Shown: piece by piece, positions 49,175-59,448 of the stretch | Layout: each line of letters opens with the position of its first letter | Position numbering within the stretch: the first letter of the stretch is position 1 | DNA from: Entomortierella parvispora E1425 | Lineage: Eukaryota; Fungi; Mortierellomycota | Assembly (NCBI GenBank): GCA_020891255.1 | Contig: BQFW01000002.1 | Coordinates: 2,790,001 to 2,854,000 of the forward strand | DNA length: 64,000 nt | Reading direction: 5' to 3' | Position numbers and translations under genes: made by a program | The notes under the pieces: generated by a model | The model's input: only the letters and a program-made list of their open reading frames with translations | Database searches by the model: none | What the model was told of the DNA's origin: nothing

Positions 49175-49296
49175 TCCACCGTGGTACATCACGCCTATGT
49201 TGAAAGGGCTGCTTTTACAGACCATTCCATAGCTTTTTGTTTGTCCTGGGGAAGAGCTTTGTCATCGTGACACGCCATGCCTAGGTTGCTCTGACA
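49175..49296 (-). pseudogene. Degenerate Sel1-repeat fragment
   Basis: Reads CQSNLGMACHDDKALPQDKQKAMEWSVKAA, then frameshifts into FNIGVMYHGG; the DNA resembles repeats of the neighbouring Sel1 gene. Confidence 0.75.
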
Positions 49297-50611
49297 AACA
49301 TTCGCAGATTCCTGGTGCAAAACGAATGTGTACCCGTCACTCCTGCTTCGAGATTACTCTCAAGAATGGCCCTTTGCTCAGCTCCCCCTTCCTCCAATAC
49401 TTGGCTATAAGTGGATACACTGCTCTCGCAGTCGCCTTCCCCCTTTCTACAAAAGCTCTCATTCCAATGGTATGACTGTCTAGTGTCTACTCCATCAAAG
49501 AAGTCTGGCCCACAAAACTTTCACCACCTCCGTTCCATCCATAAGATGATATCTTGGAGTTCGAAGAGACAATGCTGACATTAGCTGATTGGGTGACGGT
49601 CAAAGAAGCTCCCCCATCTCTACGCTCTGCGGGATCAGGCTAGGCGTGGCGTAAGGCAGCGTCCACAAGGGTTTCATGGAGTTGGCCCTGAACCACATGA
49701 ACCACCCCCTTACATTAAACAACGGCATCTGCAACCTTTTCCTCTCAATGGCGGAACCTATCAAGCAACTGAGGGGACTTCATCAAAAGATTCATAGTCG
49801 CTGCCACTGCCGATTTCTCCCTTTGAATGCTTTTAGCATCAGCTCAACGATTATGAGGGATTTAGGGCACGAAGATCTCAGAAGGTCTGTAGATCTAGGG
49901 CTTTACGATCCAGGCAAACGGCCGCTTGGACGCGATGACGAAGCGCACGCATCACCTTTTTTCTGTCCCTTCTCTTTGATTTTTTTTCTGCCCTCACCCT
50001 TTCTCCTCTCTCCCCCCCTTTTCTTTTGTCTCTCCTCTTCCACCTTTTTTTCTGTCCCTCCTCTAAAATTTTTTTTTCTGCTCTTCTTCTGAACCAGATC
50101 CCTTTGAACCCTTCCCTTTTGACGATCCAGAGATGCTTCAACAACCTGCCCTAGTTCTTGGCTTGCCCTTTTTTTTGCATGATCTCCTCTCCTTATTTCT
50201 GTGCTCCTTGTATTTTTTCTCGCCGATGTGAGGAGAGAGAACTATTTACGATTCCATGAGCATGTCAAAACAACTCAACTGGCACCACCTCTACACCATC
50301 TATCCCTTATAAATAAGGCGTCGTATCTTTTGTGTTCCTCACTCAACTTCCAAGATACAAAACCACCTACTTTTTATCGATCCACTCAAGGAAGCTAACA
50401 GCAAACATTGGCGAGAAACTTGGTCATTTTAGGTATTATTGAATGAAATGTCTATTATCGCACTCAAGGAAATGTTGCACATTATGAACTTATGAACATT
50501 GTCTAAGATACTGCTCAATTCTTTCTCTTTCTCTCTCAAAATCATGTACCACACCATTAAAGAACAAGCCCACTCACACTCTACAACCCCCCCCCCCCCA
50601 GTACCTGCAAC

Positions 50612-50953
50612 ATGCGACCGATGTCTTCAAAGTTCCTCTGCCTTCTGGCCTCTGTTTTAGTTCTTTCGACTATTTCTTCTGCACTGGCGGCAGTCTTCCA
50701 GGGTCACACTGATACAATGGATGGATTTTGCCATATAGAAGGATATGGCCCCATCCAAGTGGGCGAAACTTTGAGACTTGTAGGAAAAGGGCCACGGGAT
50801 GCCAGGTGCCTATCAATCACATGCGATAATGGAAGTTACTCGGGAGCGACATGCGGTACTGCAAGTTACCAATATGACAAGACTAAGTGCCACCTCGAAG
50901 ATGTTGAAGGTGAATACCCAGCATGCTGCAAGCAAAACGTAGTATGTAAATAA
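50612..50953 (+). CDS. Small secreted cysteine-rich protein, SVWC (single-domain von Willebrand factor type C)-like
   Basis: Hydrophobic signal peptide ending about ALA-A; mature 8-Cys pattern C-x25-C-x4-C-x9-C-x11-C-x11-CC-x5-C with IQVGE and YPACC; intronless. Confidence 0.75.
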   Translation: MRPMSSKFLCLLASVLVLSTISSALAAVFQGHTDTMDGFCHIEGYGPIQVGETLRLVGKGPRDARCLSITCDNGSYSGATCGTASYQYDKTKCHLEDVEGEYPACCKQNVVCK

Positions 50954-50960
50954 AACTAGC

Positions 50961-51248
50961 TCATATTTTTACCGCGTCAACTGGTGGCAGCAACCACGTC
51001 GGATCTGACCCCTCACTGGACTCAAATGTACTGTATAGTATGACTAAGTTGGTTTGCGCATCGGGGTGTCCTTGACTGGTAGCCTTCAAGAACCACTCCA
51101 TTGCTTTCGGATAATCCTGGGGAACACCTGTGCTAATATCTTCCACTTCGTTGAACAAATCATTATATGCTGGTGGTCCCTTCTCGGAGAAGACATTGAG
51201 GTTGATAGTTTGGACTCTATCCGGAATAAAGGCAGGACGAAGAGGCAT
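50961..51248 (-). CDS. Truncated paralog of the Sel1 gene (conserved leader plus about one repeat); mini-protein or pseudogene
   Basis: MPLRPAFIPDRVQTINLNVFSEKGPPAYNDL is followed directly by GVPQDYPKAMEWFLKATSQGHPDAQTNLVILY. Confidence 0.6.
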   Translation of the reverse strand: MPLRPAFIPDRVQTINLNVFSEKGPPAYNDLFNEVEDISTGVPQDYPKAMEWFLKATSQGHPDAQTNLVILYSTFESSEGSDPTWLLPPVDAVKI

Positions 51249-51550
51249 GAGAGATCCAGTGTTTTTTGTGGAAGAAGGTTGGTAAAAGAGTTGAAAGGGA
51301 GGGGGAGTGGCAGACAGACAGAGAGAGAGAGACTGCACGCCATTGATTGTAGCGAAGATAAAAAAGCCTCCTACTTCGCCTTGTGTCTCAGAGTTCCACA
51401 GAGAAGATTTTCAGGGGTGACAGTGCACAGCCCACTTGGATTAGATCAAACAAAGACGTGTTTTTTATTATTTTTGCATGACTTCGCTCCATATCCTCGT
51501 CTCCATTACCGAAGAACCATGTATTGTTATTTGCATTATCAACACAGTAA

Positions 51551-54500
51551 TCATAAAAGTCCAAGAGTCGCCAAAATCTTTTGGACGCTCTCGTCCGTGT
51601 CGTAAGTAGGATAGCCCGGATCCAAAATACTCTTGAATCCCGGCACCTCCTCCTCCTCTCCTTCCTCTTGCTCGTCTTCATGTCCATCCATTTTCTTTTT
51701 GGACAAATGTGTAGTTTCCAATACATCATCTCTGAGGGTCGTCTGGTCTTCGCTGGTTCTGGCATTGGAGATAGATCCACCTCCTACAGATTGAACACTG
51801 GCCGTCGTTGCCCCTCCAGATTTGGTGGGCGCCCCTGCTCCCCCACCACCCGAGTGAGAGGCGGACGTGCTCGAGTTTGACCCGGACCGTTGCATCGGCG
51901 TCGCCATTCTTTCTCCATCCGCTCCCATGAGCACCGGCTCTGACGGTTTGTTCAATGAAACAACCGAGGACGCCGCAGAAGACACGGCAGAGGGTGGACG
52001 ATAAAATCCCTTGTGAGCCACTGCATCGTTCACGCTCAAGGAGGCAGAGGTTGTGGTACTGTTGCTACTACTGGTTCGGAAGAGGGGATTAGCCGCCGCC
52101 AGGGGATCTACGACAGATTTCTTGATCCGTGCACTGCTCTTCCTGAAAGCTTCGCTCATGGAGGCACTGAGGGGATCCAAGTGCAAAGACAACATCTCGT
52201 TAATGGAGGTTGATCCGCTACCACCATTGGACGCCCCTGAGACACCCTCCTGATGCTGCTGGTTGTGAGCGGCCGAGGCAGCTTCGAGCGCTGCCGTCGC
52301 CGTCAAAAGTGTTCGAGAACCGGATGCTGAACCAGATTGAGAGAACGTGCCCGAAGCCACGGCGTTCGGAACGGGGGATGAGGTCATGGATGACAGAGAC
52401 GAGGTCGAAGAAGACATCGAGGGTGAAGCTGAAGAAACTGCAGAGTTAACAGTTGTGGAAGGCGAAGATGTCGAGGAGACGGCTGTCAAAGGACCTTCCA
52501 CCTCCACTGTGGGTAAGGAAGCATTGGCTTTTGGACCAAGAGGGCCAGCGGTCGTCGTAGTTGTGGCCGTGGTGGCCAAGGCTTTCTGTAATCCTTTGTG
52601 GGCAGATACTACAGCACCTGCAGAGCCTGCCAAGAGGTCGCTGGGTCGTCTCTCGAACGGGGTCGAGATCAGCGGACCGTTAATCGAAAAAGTCGACGAG
52701 CCCAAGTTGACTGCGACCGTTCCGGGCTTTGCAGAGACGGATGTGGCCGTGACTGCCGGTGGCAGTGGTGATCCTACAAGGCCTGTCGCTGGATTGCCAG
52801 CTTTGCGGCAAAGGAGTTGATGGCACTGAATCAGGAGATGGAGCCACTTGACATACCGAATCACCATAGCCTCTAACCGCAGTTCCATCGAAGGTTTAGC
52901 TGGCGTCGGCATTGAATGACCTCCACTTCCACCTCCTGTCACTGATCTTGCTGATGTAGTTGAGAAGTCTGCCGCAGATTTATCGCCAGAGAATGCCGTT
53001 GCGCCTTGCATCTTGCTTTTGATTTTGGTCCGCATCCTAGTGCGCCTCCTCTCTCTTCCAGACGCGTTCGTGGAGCCAGAGCTCGTCGGAGGTGTGCTGT
53101 CTTCATAATCCTTTTGGGTCTTTTCTTGCTCGTGAAGCCTTTCCAGTTTTTCATGACTCATGTCTGTATACTCAGGATCAAGGTCGAACAGGGCTATCAA
53201 CTCTTGAGTTGGATCAAGGTCTAGTTCCTTGTCCAAGTCTCTATCTGGGCCATAGATGATTGAGGACTCGGAAATGATATTTACAATCTGTCGCTCAATG
53301 CCCACTATGAATAGTGAAGAAATAGTGTGTTAGAACGATTGTTAACATACATGGTGTGAGTACAACGAAAACAAGCACTTACAGGATGATTCACTTAGAG
53401 CCCTTTCCACGCGACCGGTCAGCAGTCCGAGAGGTTGTTTTAAATTAATCCCATGGCCCCCAACTCCTCCGCCTTGTCGCATCTTCATTTTTTCAAGTTT
53501 CCGAATTCCTTTTTGGACTCGTCCTCGGAACTGCGCTTCTGCCAGGGCCAGCCTATTCAGACGCGCCTCTCCCAATTGATTGTCAACCGCAGACATGGAC
53601 GATGACGAGGACACTCCACTGTTGTGAATGATATTGCCATTTGATTGATCCTTGTTGTCCTTGGCAGGTCCGACCTTCGTGGCCACAAACTCGATCAACA
53701 ACTCGGCCGCCATCTGAATTGTGCACATCCTGAACCGATGTGCGCCTGATTCCGGTCGTCCACAGAGGATGTCAAATAGGCGGCCAATCAGTTCTTCTCG
53801 GTTCTGGACCACAAACTCGGGTCGAATAATTTTGGTCGATTCTGGGATTGTCTCTAGTTCTGTCGTGATGGTTTCTGGTGCGGGCCGAGGTGGTAGTGGA
53901 GGAGGAACATCCGAGTCCAGCTCGGATTCCTTACGAGAAGTAGCCTTGCTCCTATAATCGTGGTCTTCCTCGTCTGTGGATGGATAGTTATCAATTAAGC
54001 CACGGTCTGCCTTGGATGTACTAACAGGTTTCAGCTCCTGTTCAATCTGCGTGGATTCTTCAGCACCCTTGGACTTTAAAGAGTCATCGCCTGTACTTGG
54101 AAGGAGGGGTGCAAGGATGGATGAGGCTTTGCTGCCTCTACGTCGGTGCGATTTCGACTTTGACTGACGAATCGCCTCTCCATCTGCAGAAAGGTTCCTG
54201 GACAGTGAACCACGTGCTGGGAAGCCACTGGCTGTAGGAAGACTGGTCGACAGAATGGTTTTTGAAGACGAGCTCGGGGGGGACGCATGACGACTTGTCT
54301 CGGATGCCAAGAGTTCCTCTGTCTCTCTAGACTCTTGATCATCTTCTTCCGTCTCAAAAAGGGGGGATTCTGTCCTGGATCTCATCCTTGCCGCCGATCC
54401 TGCTGGTCCAAAGAGACTGCCCGTTATAGAAGTCGGCAAGTTTTGTCCTGGCGATGACAGCCAAGTACTAGTCGAACTGCTACCAAGACTCTGATTACTC

Positions 54501-57288
54501 ACAATTGAGTCTGCGGACCGCTCCCTGGACATGGGCGTTGCACCCAGCACCCCTTTGGATGGTGATGTAGAAGACATCAAGTTGCCCTAAAGAGATCAAA
54601 TGAATAGCCACAAGTCAACCACAATGTCAATTTCGGCAGGACAAAAATAAAAAATATTCGCAGGACAACATTGGTGGGTTCTACATCATACCATAAGAAG
54701 GCGGGTCTTGAGTAGCCTCTGCGGGTATATATCAGTTCCGAGCAACACATCTTGCATGACACCTAAACAACCAAATAGGGCAATCCATGGTATGTTAGGA
54801 CCTCTGGCGTACCTTTCAAATTTCTGGCATGTTTTTCAAATCTCGCTGTGCATCAACACAACATATAAAACAATACAATACCTGGGTTACGTCCTGTGAG
54901 ATAAATTAAGGTAAGTGCAGGTAGGACCAGCCGGTCACTATCGATCATGCTAAGATATTCGAAAATGGCCGTCTTGTATGGATTCTGTTGCTGATTGTCA
55001 CTGGAGTTGAGGTTTTGTGCTGGTGCCAAAGGATGGTGGTGATGGTTGATGCGAGCCTGCGGCGTCGGCGAATGCACTGAGAGAATTGTCGAATCCAATC
55101 CTGGGCTGCTTCCTAACAGTCCAAATGAATAAAATTTGGAAGTCACTGGACTGGATGGTCTGCTGGTGTCTGGTGAGGATGGAGATGGTCCAAGAGAGAG
55201 GGGAGAAGGCCCCTGTCGGGTATTGGGCTGATGTGCCGGTGAATTGTTGGAGTAAAGTTGGTTTGAGAATAGTGTCGAGGTCAAGGCTGAGACAAGTGGC
55301 GCATGCTTCAAGACATGGAACGCGTGCAACATTAGGGATAGGGCCACCAAGGGGACCAGTTTTTGAGACTATGTAAAAGCCCAGACGTTAGTCTTGTATT
55401 CAACTGATCTTTCAGTACCTATAAAAGGTCGCAGATGCCTTACCGACGAGGATGATTTTGTCCCGCTTCCGCTACCAGATCCACTTTTGGTGGCATTCGG
55501 TGGAAGAATGCTGTCCAGATACATGGGTCGTAGCAATCTGTTGAGCAGATGCGATATCAGGATCTTGTTGATCTTTGGGACCTCCAGCTCGATAATATCA
55601 TTCACATAGTAGAAGCAGTCCATATGCTCCGCCAGATAATAGTTCATTCTTGAAAACTCCCCTTCTCTAATTGGTGTGGTTAGGAGACAGGGAACAATAG
55701 TCAAAAGATCAATTTCCAGCACGCGGACCAAATTATTGAGGGATTAAAAGGGTCAATGCAGCGGTTTGTTTACCCTGGATGGAGGAGCATGTCATTGACA
55801 GTGGTTCCATAATTGCCAATGAACCAGACAAGGTTTGAAAAATATGTGGTCGTTGTCCGGTCAAGGATAAACTCCTGCATCTGTTTGTCATCCACACTGT
55901 AGACGTTAAGGGTGATGACACGAACAGCAATCCTGATCATGCTCTCCTCGTGGTTGAAAAACTTGATGGCCTCAGAATACCTATGATCCCAGTTGAGCCG
56001 AATGTCAGTTACAAGTCATTTTCCAATCACGGTTCACTTCCTGCCATGTGCTGGACGTCCTTACAGAGGAAAGTCGTCCAAATGTTCGTTGAAGAAAAAA
56101 TAGATTGTGTCCTTGGAAAGTTTGAAGGACAGGGTCCTGAGAAGATAAATATAATAAGCCAATATCTCATCATTCGAGAAATCGTAGCGCACACCGATGA
56201 CCTGGTTCACATAGTTGTTGGACAGCAAAAAGTCTGGAGAGAGAACAAAGCAATTGTTGGTTAATTTCTACCATTGTAGCAAATCAGTTGATCCTCAAGC
56301 AAGTGTAGCTCATGATGTCATTCAAATCTTACATAATGACTCTTGCGAGCGCACGTTCTCAAACATGATGTTGAGTGTCTGTAGGACCTGTACGATTAGG
56401 GATCCATCCTGCTTGCTCTGCAATATCTTGAGAAAGTGAAAATGGACATTTTGTTCAAAGAAATGCCTACGTTCAAGTCGATAAAAGGGGTGCAAGTGTG
56501 AGTAACACGATAGTAAAAATCGACATGCAGCAGAGCATGCGGTTCTTCCCCTCAAGGGCTTGTTCCTGAACAATGAACCGTAAAAATAAAAAAAAAACAC
56601 AATAGCCGAACACAGGGCAAGCTCCTATTTTCCCTTGTGTACTCACTCGAGAAGAAGGGGATCGTGCTGATCCCCCCAGATCAAGAGCTGGGTCAGCTCT
56701 TTCAGACAGCCGATGATGCTCTCCTCGTTTGCATCCGCTGAAAAGTGCTGAAGCTGTTCACAAAGTGCTCTAAAAGATAACAAAAAAAAAAATCCAATGC
56801 GAGTTAGTCGTTGTGGCTGACGGTGCCGCGGGTCGGAGGGATTGCTGCATGGTGTGTTGCGATGTGGTTCCCCGAAGCAGGTTCAGAGACTGTCTGCTAA
56901 TCAGACAGAAAGTGAGGGATCAACACTTGCACTGCTCCTGCCGCTGCTGGAGGCCCCAGCTCTGCTCTGCCCGCTCCTTGTCTGCACCTTGGTTCCAATG
57001 ACAGGCAGTAAAAAAGAAGTGGCCCGGCAAAGGACAACATGGCTGAAGCTTGGACCCAAGCGGTAAAAAGCATGTTCAAGGGGGGGTCTTCTTTGGCTGA
57101 GTCCTCTCTCCTGGAAAAGAATCCTGCTGTCTGTCCCCACAGTTTTGCTGTATTTCCTGCAAGCGAAGGTCGACTGGGCACAGCTGCATGAGGGCAAAGA
57201 ATGAATGCAATGCACGGCGGTCTGCATACTTTAAATTCTCGAGACTGAAACGATCCGGCTTGGGTTTGTTCCACAGGAGGTTGAACAT
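51551..57288 (-). CDS. CLEC16A: CLEC16A/TT9/Ema (FPL-domain) endolysosomal/autophagy protein, multi-exon
   Basis: RFSLENLK|ALCEQL, LKELTQLLIWGDQHD, FFEQNVHFHFLKIL, VQVLQTLNIMFENV, YYIYLLRTLSFKL, IKFFNHEESMIRIAVRVITLNVY and EHMDCFYYVNDI; long Ser-rich C-terminus. Confidence 0.9.
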
Positions 57289-58180
57289 GCGAAGGGTTGC
57301 CGTGGCGGTGACAATGTCAAAGGGGTCCACGTGTGGAAAGAAGGAGTGAGAGAGAAGGAGAAGGCCGAAGGGATGTCAATTGTTTGAGTTGCCAGGAGAC
57401 GGGGAGTGGATGCAACAGTGAGCGTGACAGCGACAGGCAGAGCGAGAGGAGAGAAAGAGAGAGAGAGAATGGCAAAGAGAGAATGACTCTGCTGACGAGG
57501 ATGAATAAGAATACAGATTGGTAGGATGGGCAGATGCAGCTGAAAAGAAAAAGAAAAGAAAAGAAAAAAGGTCAACGACCGATGGACATGGGGTTGTGTA
57601 TGCCTGCGTGTGTGTGGTAAGAAAAAGAGAGAGAGAAAGGAAGGGGGAAGACCCTCAATTCGATGAATGTGCTCAAAGTGAGGCCGTGCTCTCTGCTCAC
57701 AGACCAAGACCGCGTCGCGTTCATTGTGCGATCGGACGACTTGCGGTCAGACAGACAACCAGGCAGGCTTGGCTTTGCTGTTCGCTCATGCTCTTGCATC
57801 ATCTTGCGTGCGGAAGGAGGTTGACCTCATCGGCCATAGACACCGTCGGTGGCGCCGGAGCGTGGATAGACAGAGACCCCACGCGACCGAACGCGCAGTC
57901 GGATGAGCAGCTTGAACAGGTTGAACATGTTGAACAACCCTACGCAAGCTGGTTCACATAGCAGGCACATGTGATGGATGACTCTGTATGACAGCCGATT
58001 GTCCACGGGGATGCCTTATCAGCACACAGCAAGCAAAAGGTGTGTGTGCAACACTCTGGAATCGCTGTCATGTCGAATGGCTTCTTGGCCTCAGTACCCC
58101 CCAACAGGCAATTCATCCAGAAAACGTCCTGAGGTTTGTGGTGAATCATACCTAGTTTATTGGTCACAACTGCCTTGTAT

Positions 58181-58849
58181 CTACTCTCCAAAGAGTCTCC
58201 GGACACGCTTCAACACGCTGTCCTTCTCTGGATCATAAGGATGGTCCTTTGAGGGAATCTCGAGGATCGTGGGGAACGCCTGGTCATGCTCGTCAATCAA
58301 AGGCCGGATCTCCTCTGCAATCTATGGTTTTTAGACAACAAAAGCGAGCATTAGTAAAGTGAATCTCCTAGAATCTCTACCACGACGAGGACTACGGATC
58401 TAACAACGGATTCGTTGCTTACATGTTGGTTGATCAATATGATGGCAATGTCCTTTCTCTTTGTAAACTCTTGGAAGGCCTCTTCCACGGCCGACAGGGG
58501 AGTTTCTGGGAAAGTGTGGAGAGCAAAACAAGACTCGACCGTGAACATCATATTTTATGGCACACACGAGATCCAGCGTGCCTCAACTGTGTCTACAATC
58601 ACAACTTACTGGCGTCGACAACCAAGAAGTTTTTCTTTTGATGAGTATCAATGTGACCAATACCGGCGAGAAGGAGACCTGTGATAGAGTCCTCGTCGCC
58701 AATGGCCGCCATGAAGGTGCGCTCCTGTAGGATTCAACAACGGTTTAGAGACAGTGGAGATAGGTCAGCTCTTGAGGTGAGTTTCTAGACCTGACTCGAG
58801 TCTGTGCATCCAGGTCCTTGTGCGATGTTCTACGTACTGTTTGCGCCAT
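58181..58849 (-). CDS. VMA7: V-type ATPase subunit F
   Basis: 12-nt first exon (MAQT) spliced to [23 protein letters not shown]; [19 protein letters not shown]; [20 protein letters not shown]. Confidence 0.95.
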
Positions 58850-59448
58850 GGTTCAATTCAAGAGAGATCGGGTTCTCGGTCTCACTACTGATACTATGAG
58901 ACGCAGGTTGGGTAGAGTCTCTTTCGTCCGAGGGGAATATGTCGAGGCGAAAGAGAGAGGGGGGAGTGAAGAGGAAAAGAGGAGACAAGAGTCGACGTGA
59001 TGCTGTCCCCTGACCGCAAGACATGGCACCATCTCAGTGCACCCCATCTTCTCGCGCAACTTGGACCGATCACGTGCAGCACAAACGCACGTCACAATTC
59101 GCACCCCAGCACCAACCCTCACATTTCACACATCGCATGTGGGCGGTCCATGCCGAGACCCAAAAGCGACTCAGAAGGGTGCCAAACGTTGACTTTGTCT
59201 CTGCCTGTCTGTCGTGCACTGCTCCCTTTTGGACCCTCCGATCGCAACGGCACTTCGATCGTCCCTTTCCCTCCCTGTCCGTGCCTTCAATCTCTCGCTC
59301 TCTCTCTCACTGCCTCTCCATCCAACCATCGATCCCACCTCGTCCCTTTTCCTGATTGACGGCCGGGTTTGCTCTCCCCAGTCTCTCATTCCACGTCTCT
59401 TGCTTTTATTTTGCACTTCTTTCTGCACCTTAAAATAATAACCGCGCC

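Noticed and set aside
49300-50150. Possible transposon or gene remnant inside the accessory island
   Set aside because: All frames are interrupted, and no transposase or RT motif, terminal repeat or target-site duplication was recognised.
56770-57229. 460-nt first intron of CLEC16A as an ncRNA host or cassette-exon site
   Set aside because: No convincing box motifs or paired internal splice sites.
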